In this document: positions 37,441 to 48,900 of the stretch, piece by piece
Position numbering within the stretch: the stretch's first letter is position 1
Layout of the letters: each line of letters opens with the position of its first letter
Assembly: GCA_022709865.1 (NCBI GenBank)
Contig: JAKLIA010000001.1
Location: 297,273 to 361,272 of the forward strand
DNA: 64,000 nt
Direction of reading: 5' to 3'
Origin: Patescibacteria group bacterium
GTDB lineage: Bacteria; Patescibacteriota; Minisyncoccia; Portnoybacterales; GWB1-42-6
Translations under genes and position numbers: made by a program
The notes under the pieces: generated by a model
What the model was told of the DNA's origin: nothing
The model's input: the letters and a program-made list of their open reading frames with translations, nothing else
Database searches by the model: none

Positions 37441-39539
37441 GTAGTATAAATGAGACCCGAAGCCAGAGCGAGCTTGCCTTGGTCAGGATGAACTTTGGGT
37501 AACACCAGAGGGAGGTCCGAACGCATATGCTGTGCAAAACATTGCGATGAACTGAGGTAAGAAGTGAAAAGCTAATCGAGCCTGGTAATAGCTGGTTCTC
37601 CCCGAAATAGCTTTAGGGCTAGCCGCAAGAGTAATTAGCGGAGGTAGAGCACTGAATGGATGCAGATGACTTTGTCTACTGCGTCCAATCAAACTCCGAA
37701 TGCCGTTATGTTGTCTTGCGAGTAAGAAAGTGGGGGCTAAGCTCCATTTTCAAAAAGGAAACAGCCTAGATCATCATCTAAGGTCCCTAAATTAAGTTAA
37801 GTGGAAAAGGAGGTGTGATTTCTCATACAGCTAGGAGGTTGGCTCAGAAGCAGCCATCCTTTAAAGAGTGCGTAACAGCTCACTAGCCTAGAGATGGCGC
37901 GCCTAAGATTCAACGGGGCTAAAACTTAATACCGAAGATATGGATTCGTTCCGATTTATCGGAGCGAGTGGTAGGGGAGCATTTTTAACTGCTGCGAAGC
38001 GGAGTCGTGAGGCTCCGTGGAGCGTTAAGAAGAGAGAATGTTGGAATTAGTAACCACAATGCCGGTGAAAGACCGGCACACCGCAAGCCTAAGGTTTCCT
38101 TGGCAATGTTTATCATCCAAGGGTTAGTCGGTCCTAAGGTTAAGCCGAGAGGCGACACCGATGGACAGCTGGTTAATATTCCAGCACCACTATTATTTTT
38201 CGATGGAAGGACGCAGGGTTGTAGGTAGAGTGTATTATTGGATTTACATTGGTAGGTTGAGGACGTGGCGTAGGCAAATCCGCGCCACATAAATCCGAGA
38301 TCCTCCTGAAGTCTGATTCGTCAGGCAACTTTACTGAGCACGCTGCCGAGAAAAATTTCTAGAGCCAAAATAATAGTGACCGTACCGAAAACCAACACAG
38401 GTGGGCGAGGCGAGTAGCCTCAGGTGAACGGGTGAATCCTCGTTAAGGAACTCGGCAATATAACGACCGTAAGTTCGCAATAAGGTCTCCCCAACGCAAG
38501 TTGGGGCGCAGCTAAAGACGCCGAGCGACTGTTTAACAAAAACACAGCTCCCTGCTAACTCGCAAGAGGATGTATAGGGGGTGACTCCTGACCAGTGCTG
38601 GAACGTTAAACATGGCGGTGTTTTCTGTCGCAAGATGGGAAACGCTAACCGTGCTAAGCGCCAGTGAACGTCCGCGGTAACTATAACCGTGTTAAAGTAG
38701 CGAAATACCTTGTCGGGTAAGTTCCGACGCGCATGAAAGGAGTAACGACTTGGCGACTGTCTCAACGAGGGGCCCGGTGAAGATGCAATTCCGGTAAAGA
38801 TGCCGGATACCTGCAGCAAGACGAAAAGACCCCGGAAGCTTTACTGCAGCTTGGTATTGGGCTTGGTGTTTTGATGCGTAGCGTAGTGGGTAGGATTTGA
38901 AGCGACGTTTTCGGATGTCGTGGATCCAACAATGAAACACCCATCTTCAAAATACTTTGTTCTAACTTTGCTTCTCGTTTTTTCTCGAAGCGCTTTTTAG
39001 CGACGGGAAAAAACGAGAAGCAAAAGAAAGTGCCAGGTGGGCAGTTTAAGTGGGGCGCTTGCCTCCTAAAGAGTAACGGAGGCGTTTATCAAGGTTGGCT
39101 AGCTCCGGATGGAAACCGGAGCGATAGGGCAAAGCCATAAGCCAGCTTTACTGCAAGACGGGCATGTCGCGCAGTCGCGAAAGCGGAACTTAGTGAACCG
39201 ATCATACTTTATAGAAAGGTGAAAGATCATCGGCTAAAAGCTACTCCGGGGATAACAGGCTGGTAGTGTCCAAGAGTCCATATCGACGACACTGTTCGGC
39301 ACCTCGATGTCGGCTCATCTCATCCTGGGGGTGGAGAAGCTCCCAAGGGTTTGGCTGTTCGCCAATTAAAGAGGTACGTGAGCTGGGTTCAAACCGTCGT
39401 GAGACAGGTTGGTCTCTATCTGCTGCAGGCGTGGATATTTGAGGGGAGTTCTCTTTAGTACGAGAGGACCGAGAGGAACAGACCTCTGGTGTACCAACTG
39501 CACTGCCAAGTGCATCGCTGGGTAGCTATGTCTGGATCT

Positions 39540-39570
<31 letters not shown>

Positions 39571-39832
39571 AGACCCCAAGATTAGATATCATAGATTCCT
39601 TGTAGATTACGAGGTTGATAGGCTCTAGGTGGAAGCGCAGTAATGCGTTCAGCCGAGGAGTACTAATAATCATTCTTGTTCCGCTTTGTGCCCGAAAGAG
39701 CCGCAAGGTGCGTCCCGCTAGACGGGATTAGCACGCAAAGGCAGAATACAACCACTGAAACATATAAAAACTCTTGCTTTAGAAGATCCTACGATATTCA
39801 GTCGTCAAAATGGCGATAGAAAATTAAAAACC

Positions 39833-39883
39833 CATAGTCTTGGTGATGAAAGCGGGCTGGCAAAACCTCTTCCCATTTCGAAC
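39833..39883 (+). pseudogene. 5' half of a 5S rRNA copy (outer, interrupted copy)
   Basis: 51 nt identical to the start of the complete 5S at 39921-39971. Confidence 0.5.
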
Positions 39884-39924
39884 CCCGCAAACCAAAACAA
39901 AAAAATTGAATAAAGAAGTGCATA

Positions 39925-40044
39925 GTCTTGGTGATGAAAGCGGGCTGGCAAAACCTCTTCCCATTTCGAACAGAGAAGTTAAACGGCCTAGCGCTGATGG
40001 TAGTTGGGGCTTAAGCCTCAGCGAGAGTAGGTTGTCGCCAAGAC
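39925..40044 (+). rRNA. rrf: 5S ribosomal RNA (complete copy) with long flanking processing stem
   Basis: tcttggtgatg...cccatttcgaacagagaagttaaacggcctagcgctgatggtagttggggc...gagagtaggttgtcgccaagac; flanks ccccgcaaaccaaaacaaaaaa / ttttttgttttggtttgcgggg are complementary. Confidence 0.75.
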
Positions 40045-40123
40045 CATGCACTTCTTTTTTGTTTTGGTTTGCGGGGCGCAGCAGAGAAGCATGCCCCGCA
40101 CCGAGCTTCGCTCGGATGCTGGG

Positions 40124-40171
40124 GTTAAACGGCCTAGCGCTGATGGTAGTTGGGGCTTAAGCCTCAGCGAG
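40124..40171 (+). pseudogene. 3'-portion of a 5S rRNA copy (outer, interrupted copy)
   Basis: 48 nt identical to 39978-40025 of the complete 5S; a third piece tcgccaagactatggg sits at 40244-40259. Confidence 0.5.
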
Positions 40172-40199
40172 TCCCGCCCTTCGCGAAGGGCGGGATAAA
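40172..40199 (+). terminator. GC hairpin tcccgcccttcgcgaagggcggga + A/T-rich tail
   Basis: perfect 10-bp stem with ttcg-type loop inside the outer 5S copy. Confidence 0.35.
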
Positions 40200-40362
40200 A
40201 TCCAGTTGCTTGTCCCGTAGTCGCCACAGGCGACTTTACGGTATCGCCAAGACTATGGGTTTTTTGTTTGGCTTTTTTTATCTCGCCAGTTGCCCCTCGA
40301 CTGCGCTCGGGGTAAACAAGACAGGATTTATTTTTTATTTAAGTAGTGTATAATATACCTAT

Positions 40363-41196
40363 ATGGATTATCGACGGAAAAAACAGACAATTATCGCTTC
40401 GATTTTGGGGCTGGTTTTTATTTCGTTATTGAGCGGCGCATATTTTAAATGGTTTTATGTTGGCGCCACTTGTTTTGACGGCAAGCAAAACCAAAATGAA
40501 GAGGGTTTGGATTGCGGCGGTCCTTGCGCGATGAGTTGCGAGCTTTTGACCGTGAAGCCTTTGCAGGTTGAGTGGTCTAAGGCCATTTTTTTAAAAGACG
40601 GGCTTTATGACCTGGCTGCTAAGATCAATAATATAAATCCAAATTACGGCTTAGGCCGCTTTGATTATACTTTTAAGCTTTATGATAAAGCCGGCCAATT
40701 GCTAATGGAAAAGAAGGGTTCAAGTTTTTCTTTGCCTAATCAAAAAAAATATATAGTTGAAACCAATATTGCTTCCGTTGTTGCACCAGCAAAAGTTGAA
40801 TTAATTGTTCAGCCGTCTGAAAAGACCGATTGGCAGAAATTGACCAATGATTTTGCCACGCCGGATATTTTTGTGCAGGATAAGCAATTTAAGTATTTGG
40901 AAAACAAAGCCGGAGAATCGCAGGCTTCCGGCATTATTAAAAATAACAGCGTTTTTGATCTGGATAAGATCATTGTCTCGGTGGTGCTTTTTAATGAGAG
41001 CAAGGAAGTTATCGGGGTCAATAAAACAGAGGTCTATACTGTTCCGGCGGGGCAGGAAAGGTATTTTTCCGTTTCGTGGTATTCGGCTTTATCGGGCGAA
41101 GTTAAATCCGCCGATATGCTGGCCGATACCAATCTTTTTGCCGATGATAACTATATGCGCCGGTATGGAACAGTCGAGAAGTTCCAGGAATACTAG
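40363..41196 (+). CDS. membrane-anchored exported hypothetical protein
   Basis: 277 aa, N-terminal TM, Cys cluster CFDG...CGGPCAMSCE, beta-rich remainder. Confidence 0.4.
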   Translation: MDYRRKKQTIIASILGLVFISLLSGAYFKWFYVGATCFDGKQNQNEEGLDCGGPCAMSCELLTVKPLQVEWSKAIFLKDGLYDLAAKINNINPNYGLGRFDYTFKLYDKAGQLLMEKKGSSFSLPNQKKYIVETNIASVVAPAKVELIVQPSEKTDWQKLTNDFATPDIFVQDKQFKYLENKAGESQASGIIKNNSVFDLDKIIVSVVLFNESKEVIGVNKTEVYTVPAGQERYFSVSWYSALSGEVKSADMLADTNLFADDNYMRRYGTVEKFQEY

Positions 41197-41207
41197 GACC
41201 ATTTTTA

Positions 41208-42332
41208 ATGCTGTCTCATTTAAAAAAACTTGATTGGCTGCTGATCGGTTCGGTTTTGGCGCTTTGCATTATTAGTTTGCTTGAGCTCTGGGGTATTGAT
41301 GCCGGCGCCCAAGCTTCCGGCAAAGTGAGCGACTATTTTGGCAGGCAGGGAACATTTTTGCTAGTCGGTTTGGCTAGCATGTTTTTTTTATCTTTTTTTA
41401 GCGCCCAGATCTACCGCAACTATTCGTTGTTTTTGGTAATTTTGTATTTTTTTGCCCTGATCTTGTTGGTGGCGGTTTTATTTATGGGCAGCAAGATTAG
41501 GGGCATGACCGGCTGGTTCCGTTTTGGCGATACCGGTTTTGCGCCGGTGGAATTAGCGAAATTTGCGGTGATTTTGGTTTTAGCAAAATATTTTTCCCAT
41601 CGGCACGTTGAAGTCTATCGGGTGCGCCATATCATCGCCTCCGGCCTCTATGCCGGTTTGCCGATAGCGCTGGTTTTGCTCCAGCCGGATCTGGGCTCGG
41701 CGATAGTTTTGATGGCGATATGGCTGGGCATGATATTGCTAAGCGGAATGAAAAAACGGCATTTGGCAGTGGTGGTTTTAACCGGAGTGGTTATTGCGGC
41801 GCTGGCCTGGAGTTTTGCATTCAAGCCGTATCAGAAAGAGCGCATCTTAACTTTTTTGAATCCGGCCAAAGACCCATTAGGCTATAGCTATAATTTGATC
41901 CAATCAAAAATTGCCATAGGCGCTGGCGGGATGCTGGGCGCGGGTTTGGGCCACGGTTCGCAAGGCCAGCTTAACTTTTTGCCGGAAAAGCACACGGACT
42001 TTATCTTTTCAGTTTTTGCCCAGGAGTGGGGATTTTTGGGTGTGGCTTTTTTCTTTGCTTTATTCTCGATTTTTTTCTGGAGATTAATGCGAATTATTAT
42101 GTCGGCGGGAAATAATTTTTTTCGGCTGTTCACTGCTGGTTATGCCATTATGATATTTGCGCAGGTGGTAATTAATGTTGGCATGTGTTTGGGGTTAATG
42201 CCCATCACAGGCATTGCTTTGCCGTTTCTAAGCTATGGCGGCAGCAACCTTTTGATAAATATGATGATTTTGGGCGTGGTTTTAAATATCGCTACCCAAT
42301 CTAAAGTTGGGCGCATCGGCGGGGAGGATTAA
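41208..42332 (+). CDS. rodA: SEDS-family peptidoglycan glycosyltransferase (RodA/FtsW)
   Basis: 10-TM architecture, large periplasmic loop, C-terminal GIALPFLSYGGSN motif. Confidence 0.8.
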   Translation: MLSHLKKLDWLLIGSVLALCIISLLELWGIDAGAQASGKVSDYFGRQGTFLLVGLASMFFLSFFSAQIYRNYSLFLVILYFFALILLVAVLFMGSKIRGMTGWFRFGDTGFAPVELAKFAVILVLAKYFSHRHVEVYRVRHIIASGLYAGLPIALVLLQPDLGSAIVLMAIWLGMILLSGMKKRHLAVVVLTGVVIAALAWSFAFKPYQKERILTFLNPAKDPLGYSYNLIQSKIAIGAGGMLGAGLGHGSQGQLNFLPEKHTDFIFSVFAQEWGFLGVAFFFALFSIFFWRLMRIIMSAGNNFFRLFTAGYAIMIFAQVVINVGMCLGLMPITGIALPFLSYGGSNLLINMMILGVVLNIATQSKVGRIGGED

Positions 42333-42336
42333 AAAT

Positions 42337-43485
42337 ATGATTCAGCGCGGAGTAGCCACATTTGGTCTGGATTATGGAACTTGTCCTAAGTGGCTTTTTG
42401 AGCGGATGGTGAAGCTGGGCCGGGAAATGACTCGGGCAATTGTAGCGGAAGAAGGGCCGGATGAGTTTATACGCCGCTTGGCGGATCCGGCTTGGTTTCA
42501 ATCTTTAGGAACGGTGCTGGCGTTTGATTGGAACGCCTCGGGCTTAACCACGATTTTAACTGCGGCGCTGAAAGAAGCTATTCGGGGCGAAGAAATGGAT
42601 TTAGGTATTTTTATTTGCGGTGGCAAAGGCAAAACTTCCCGCAAAACGCCGGAGCAAATCCAATTTTGGGGCGAGCAACTTAATCTGGCGCCGCAGCCCA
42701 TCTCTTCCTTGGTTTATAATTCCCGCATGGCAGCCAAAGTTGATAGCGCTTTAATTCAAGACGATTTTCAAATCTACCATCACGCTTTTTTCTTTACCAA
42801 AAACGGCGCCTGGACAGTTGTTCAACAAGGAATGAATGCGGCTGAGCAAAGCGCGAGGCGCTATCATTGGCATTCCAAAGATGTTAAAGACCTGATTAAC
42901 GAACCGCATTCGGGTATCTCTTCGCAAATCACTTTGCCGAGTGTCCTTAATATGAGCGCAGCCACGAGCGATAAAACCCGGCAAATTAGCACAGAATTAG
43001 TGGGCCAAAACTCCGGCGCTTTGATGAAAGATATAAAAATCCTAGCGCGCCATTCTTCGGATTTATCGCAAATGGCAGATTTATCTAATGGCCAACAAAG
43101 ATTAAAATTATTAAACCTGGAAACAGTAGAGTTTAAATCGCATCCGGTTATCAAAGAGAACTTTTTTAAGAGCAAATATTTAGAAAAAATCTTTTGGATT
43201 TTGTGCGATAAAAAACCACAAAACTACGAAAAGCTTTTGGCGACCGAAGGCGTTGGCCCAAAAACCATCCGCGCCTTAGCGCTAGTTGCCGAAGTAATTT
43301 ACGGCGCCAAGCCCTCCTACGAAGACCCTGCTCGCTACTCCTTTGCCCACGGCGGCAAAGATTCAACTCCATATCCCGTCGACCGTCCGACTTACGATCA
43401 GACGATTGAATATATGAGGCAATACGTGAATAAGGCCAAGTTTTCGCCGGTGGAGAAGCAGAAAATATTTAAAAAATTACAATAG
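42337..43485 (+). CDS. conserved hypothetical protein (DUF763-like)
   Basis: LDYGTCPKWLFERMVKL N-terminal motif recalled as DUF763-like; start set to ATG 42337 just after the rodA stop. Confidence 0.35.
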   Translation: MIQRGVATFGLDYGTCPKWLFERMVKLGREMTRAIVAEEGPDEFIRRLADPAWFQSLGTVLAFDWNASGLTTILTAALKEAIRGEEMDLGIFICGGKGKTSRKTPEQIQFWGEQLNLAPQPISSLVYNSRMAAKVDSALIQDDFQIYHHAFFFTKNGAWTVVQQGMNAAEQSARRYHWHSKDVKDLINEPHSGISSQITLPSVLNMSAATSDKTRQISTELVGQNSGALMKDIKILARHSSDLSQMADLSNGQQRLKLLNLETVEFKSHPVIKENFFKSKYLEKIFWILCDKKPQNYEKLLATEGVGPKTIRALALVAEVIYGAKPSYEDPARYSFAHGGKDSTPYPVDRPTYDQTIEYMRQYVNKAKFSPVEKQKIFKKLQ

Positions 43486-43506
43486 GATAATTTTAAATAA
43501 GCAAAA

Positions 43507-44241
43507 ATGTATTTTTTTTATTTAGACGAAGCAGGTAATTCAGGGTTTAATCTAGATGACTTAAATCAACCAATTCACTTTGTTTCTGGTGTCAGTATTC
43601 ATTTAGATAAAATTCAGGAAATAGAAAAGAAGATCAACGCTTTGTTTGCTGGTTTTTTACCGTATTCACAGAACTATGATTTTGAATTTCACGGAGTAGA
43701 TGTTTTTGAAGGGAAGAAGTATTTCAAAAATTTTAAATGCGGACCTCGTTTGAACGTCTTTTCCGAATTTTTAAAAATTGCACAAGAGGGTGATGTCAAA
43801 TTTTTTTCGCAAGGAATTAATAAAAAAAGGCACAAAGAGAAGTATATAAGGCCTTACCATCCTCACAATGTGGCATTTATGTATTTAATCGAAAAATTAG
43901 AAATTTTCTTATCAAAGAAAAAAGCTCACGGGATAGTTATTATGGATAAATGTAAGGAGACGGAGCAGGATATAATTAATGATTTTCGTTATTATAAAAA
44001 TTCTGGTACTAAATACGGATCATTTAAAAGAGAAATAGACCATTTTATTGATAATGTGTTTTATGTTGAAAGTTATAATTCATTGCTCTTGCAACTTTCC
44101 GATATGCTGAATTATATTCATTCATCAAGTTATGTGAATGAGTTGAGGGGTAATAATACTACATCGCACAGAAAATTTCTTATTAATTTAGCCGAGCAGA
44201 TGAAGGTTTTTACTGAGTATTTTGCTATCGATCCTTCATAA
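43507..44241 (+). CDS. DUF3800-family protein
   Basis: Hallmark N-terminus MYFFYLDEAGNSG; 244 aa; markedly AT-rich gene. Confidence 0.6.
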   Translation: MYFFYLDEAGNSGFNLDDLNQPIHFVSGVSIHLDKIQEIEKKINALFAGFLPYSQNYDFEFHGVDVFEGKKYFKNFKCGPRLNVFSEFLKIAQEGDVKFFSQGINKKRHKEKYIRPYHPHNVAFMYLIEKLEIFLSKKKAHGIVIMDKCKETEQDIINDFRYYKNSGTKYGSFKREIDHFIDNVFYVESYNSLLLQLSDMLNYIHSSSYVNELRGNNTTSHRKFLINLAEQMKVFTEYFAIDPS

Positions 44242-44453
44242 CAAAAAAAGCCCCAGGAAGAGCTTCTTTTGGAGTAATCGGTCTATAAAAAGAGGCTTAA
44301 CAGTTAAAGCCCACTACCGATTACATATTAATTATATTAAGGCGCTAAGTTGTTGTAAAGGATTTTATTAACAGTTTTTGTTTGTGGACAAATTAATGAG
44401 ATTTTTGTGGTAATATATAAGTATAAATAATTATTATAATTAATCATTAACCT

Positions 44454-45545
44454 ATGAAAAAATACTTAGGTCTGTTTGTGGGGTTGGCGCTGCTGGTGCC
44501 TGCTGTGGCAGGGGCAACGCAGTTTCAGGGAGGCGAGACAGTCGCTTTTAATGAAACTATTCGTGAGAACGTTTATATATCTGGCGGCACGGTGAATATT
44601 GCCGGAACAATAGAAGGGGATTTGTATGTCGCCGGTGGCACGGTGAATATTTTAGGCACAGTGTCAAAAGATGTGGTGGTGGTTGGCGGCACAGTTATTA
44701 TTACCGGAACCGTTAACGAGGATTTGCGGGTTCTTGGCGGAAACGTGACAGTGGGCGGAAAAGTCGGCCATGAATTGGCAGCAGCGGGCGGGAATATTAA
44801 TGTTATGTCCAGCGCCGCGATCGGTGATGGCGCATATATCGCCGGAGGCAACATTTCAATGAATGGCTCGGTTGGCATGGATTTAGTTTTGGCTGGTAGT
44901 GAAATTGCCATAGGCAACGGAGTTAAGGTGGGCGGAAACTTTGACTATTATTCCCAAAAGGAAGCCAAGGTTGATGCCAGCGTTAAAATTAGCGGCATAA
45001 CGACTTTTCACCAGCAAGCCGTAAAAAATCAGCATCAAACCGGCAAGGCTGGATTTTTGGGCATGTTTGCTTTTATGACCATTTGGGGATTACTGGGCTT
45101 AGCGGCTGCAGTGATTCTAGCGTGCTTGTTATTTTACATCTGGCGGCGGGAATCGGAAGAACTTATTGAAACCGTTTTTGCTGCTCCGGGCAAAGAATTG
45201 TTAAGGGGTTTTATAACGTTTTTCATCTTGCCGATAGCGGCGATAATTTGTTGCATAACCGTTATTGGCTTGCCGTTAGGATTTTTCCTGGGCTTTGCTT
45301 TTTGGGCGCTGTTTATTTTGGGCGCGGCCGCCACAGGGCTGCTTTGGGCAGCGTTATTGGCCAAGTTTGTTTTCAAGCGGAAGGCCACGGATATTAATTG
45401 GTGGCTAATCATTTTAGCGGTAATAGTTTTGTCTATTATTAAGGCAATTCCGTTTGTCGGCTGCATAATTGGCTGCCTGGTATTTCTAACCGGCTTTGGC
45501 GTGATGAGCAATATGATTTATAAGAAGCTGATGCCGAGGAAATAG
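44454..45545 (+). CDS. secreted beta-helical repeat protein with C-terminal multi-TM anchor (bactofilin/DUF4097-like repeats)
   Basis: Signal peptide; tandem GGTVNIxGTVxxDLxVxGGxVxIxG repeats; C-terminal 4 TM helices. Confidence 0.5.
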   Translation: MKKYLGLFVGLALLVPAVAGATQFQGGETVAFNETIRENVYISGGTVNIAGTIEGDLYVAGGTVNILGTVSKDVVVVGGTVIITGTVNEDLRVLGGNVTVGGKVGHELAAAGGNINVMSSAAIGDGAYIAGGNISMNGSVGMDLVLAGSEIAIGNGVKVGGNFDYYSQKEAKVDASVKISGITTFHQQAVKNQHQTGKAGFLGMFAFMTIWGLLGLAAAVILACLLFYIWRRESEELIETVFAAPGKELLRGFITFFILPIAAIICCITVIGLPLGFFLGFAFWALFILGAAATGLLWAALLAKFVFKRKATDINWWLIILAVIVLSIIKAIPFVGCIIGCLVFLTGFGVMSNMIYKKLMPRK

Positions 45546-45569
45546 AGAAAAGATAACAATAATTTAAAA

Positions 45570-45598
45570 TAACCCCAGGCAAAGCTTGGGGTTATTTT
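45570..45598 (+). terminator. rho-independent terminator
   Basis: aaccccaggcaaagcttggggtt + attttgt. Confidence 0.7.
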
Positions 45599-45942
45599 GT
45601 CGCTTGACAGATTTTCAATATTGTATATACTTAAGGCAAGTTAATAAAGGAGGGTATTGAATACTATATTTATATGTATTTAAATAAGGCCTGAATAAGC
45701 GCCCAGGTTTATGTTGATGGGTGGCTTTTCTTTTGCTTCCTGCCGGCTTTTTGTCAATATTAACTTTTAAAAAATAAGGTAAAAAATAAAACTTAGAGTT
45801 TAGCTTTATAAATCCAGAGTTAAACTTTAAGTTTTATCTCAGAACCAACATCTTGATTTTTGGTTCTCCTCATCAATCCCTTTTTAATAACACGGATTGG
45901 TGAACTGCTTTTCATTTAGTAATTAACCCGTCAATTATTCAA

Positions 45943-48900
45943 ATGAAGGATAAATTTTTTGGCAAACATCCAAATATAATGCCGCTGCCCGACCTAATCG
46001 AGGTGCAGCTGGATTCTTTTAAGTGGTTTCGCGACAAGGGATTAAAAGAGCTTTTTGAAGAAGTTTCGCCGATCCGGGATTGGTCCGGCAAAGATTTGGA
46101 TCTTTATTTTGCTGACTATTATTTTGATGAGCCAAAATATACGGAGCTGGAAGCCAAGAAGCAGAACGTTTCTTTTGAAGCGCCGCTGCGCGTGAAGTTG
46201 CGCTTGGTCAACCGCAAGACCCAGGAAGTAAAGGAGCAGGAAATCTATTTGGGCGAGTTTCCGCTGATGACCGAGCAGGGAACTTTTATCGTTAACGGAG
46301 TTGAGCGTGTGGTAGTTTCGCAGCTTATCCGTTCCTCTGGCGTATTTTTTACCGCCAATAATGTCCGAGGCCGAAAACTTTTTGGCGCCAAAATAATCCC
46401 GAATCGCGGTGCGTGGCTAGAGTTTGAAACCGATTACGACAATGCTATATATGTGAAAATTGACCGCAAAAGAAAAGTGCCGGTGACGGCGCTGTTGCGG
46501 GCTTTTGGCATTTCCGACGATGATTCATTGCTCGCCACTTTTAAGGACGTTGATAATAATCCGGATAACCATTTTATAGAAGCCACCATTAAAAGAGACG
46601 CTTCCCGAAACCAGGGCGAAGGCTTTATCGAAGTTTATAAGCGCTTGCGCCCGGGAGATTTGGCGACCGTGGATAACGCTCAACAAATGATCGAAGCAAT
46701 GTTCTTTGATTTTGAAAGATACGATATGGCCAAAGTCGGCCGCTGGAAGTTTAATTTGCGGCTTAATTTGAATGTCCCGCTGGATAAAGAAAATCGCATT
46801 TTGCGGCCGGAAGATTTGGTGATGGTGATAAAAGAAATTATTAAGCTGAATAATACTCCCGGCGCGCAGCCCGATGATATCGACCACTTGGCTAACCGGC
46901 GCGTTCGAGCCTTGGGCGAATTGCTGCAAAATAAATTGCGGGTGGGTATGGCGCGAATCGAAAGAATTGCCAAAGACCGCATGACCACTTTGGATGTGGC
47001 GGCCATCACGCCGGCGCAATTGGTGAATATTCGCCCGTTCATGGCGGCGGTGAAAGAGTTTTTCACTACTTCCCAATTATCCCAATTCATGGACCAAGTG
47101 AATCCGTTGGCGGAATTGGAACACAAGCGCCGCATTTCGGCGATGGGCCCGGGCGGGTTAACACGCGAGCGAGCCGGTTTTGAAGTCCGCGACGTGCACA
47201 CAACTTATTATGGCCGCATCTGTCCTATTCAAACTCCAGAAGGCCCGAACATTGGTTTGATCGGCACGCTGGCTTCTTTTGCGCGCGTGAACGAATACGG
47301 CTTTTTGGAAACTCCATACCGCAAAGTAAAGAACGGCCGCGTGACGGAAGAGCTGGTTTATATGAATGCTTATGAAGAGCAAAAGTTCAGCATTGCGCAC
47401 GCGGGCATGCCTTTGACCAAAGACGGACACTTTGTCGATGAGCGCGTGGAAGCGAGAGTCCACGGCCAGGCAGCGATTACCAAGCCGGAAAGAATCGGCT
47501 ATATGGATGTTTCTCCGCAGCAATTTATTTCCGTTGCAACTTCTTTAATTCCGTTCTTGGAACACGATGACGCGACTCGCGCCCTCATGGGTTCGAACAT
47601 GCAACGCCAAGCGGTTTCTTGCATTAAACCGGATGCGCCCTTGGTGGGCACCGGAGTTGAAAGAAAAGCGGCTTTGGATTCCGGCCAATTAATTGTGGCC
47701 AGGCAAGACGGCGAAATCGCCGAAGTTGATGCCGACCATATTGTCATTAAAACTAAAGACAGCAAAAAATACACCTATTTATTGCAGACATTTTCCCGCA
47801 CTAACCAATTCACTTCTATCGACCAGCACCCGGTAGTGAAAAAGGGCACTAAAGTTAAAAAAGGCGATGTGCTGGCTAAAGGCGCGGCCATTGATAAAGA
47901 TAGGTTAGCGCTGGGCCAAAACTTATTGGTAGCGTTCTTGTCATGGCGCGGCTCAAACTTTGAAGACGCAATCATTCTTTCAGAAAAAGTTTTACATAAA
48001 GACAGGTTTACCTCTATCCATATTGAAGATTTTTCTTGCCATGTGCGCGAAACAAAATTGGGGCCGGAAATCACAACTCCCGATATTCCTAACGTTGGCG
48101 AAGAGCGCTTGAAAGATTTGGACGAAGAAGGCATTGTGCGCATCGGCGCGGAAGTTGGGCCCAATGATATTTTAGTTGGCAAGATCTCGCCTAAAGGTGA
48201 AGCTGATTTAACGGCTGAAGAGAGATTATTGCGGGCGATATTTGGTGAAAAAGCCAGAGACGTTAAAGATACCTCGCTTCGCATGCCTTATGGCAAGCGC
48301 GGCCGAATCATTGGCATTAAAGTTTTCTCGCGCGAAAAAGGCGATAAGCTTCCGGTGGGCGTGATAAAGACCATTCAGGTGGAAGTGGCGCAGTTGAGAA
48401 AAGTCATGGTAGGCGATAAATTGGCTGGCCGCCACGGCAACAAGGGCGTTATTTCAAAAGTTTTGCCGGTGGAAGAAATGCCATACTTGGCTGACGGCAC
48501 TCCGGTGGATATTATTTTAAATCCGTTGGGCGTGGCTTCCCGTATGAACATTGGGCAGATCTTGGAAACTCACTTGGGATTGGCCGCCCATACTTTGGAT
48601 TATTTGGCGCAGACTCCGGCTTTGGACGGCGCTACGGAAGGCGAAATTAAAGAAGAATTAAAGAAAGCAGGATATCCGGAAGACGGCAAAGTGGTTTTAT
48701 ATGATGGCCATACCGGCGAACCATTTGGGCAGAAAGTCACGGTGGGTTATATCTATATAATGAAATTGCATCATTTGGTTGAAGACAAGATCCATATGCG
48801 CTCTATCGGGCCATATTCTTTGATAACTCAGCAGCCATTGGGCGGTAAGGCGCAATTTGGCGGCCAGCGGTTTGGTGAAATGGAAGTGTGGGCCTTGGAA

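Noticed and set aside
39824-40353. ORFs 39824-40051(-), 39840-40160(+), 40018-40227(-), 40150-40353(+) over the 5S locus
   Set aside because: They overlap the 5S rRNA copies and their processing stems and carry no coding signal.
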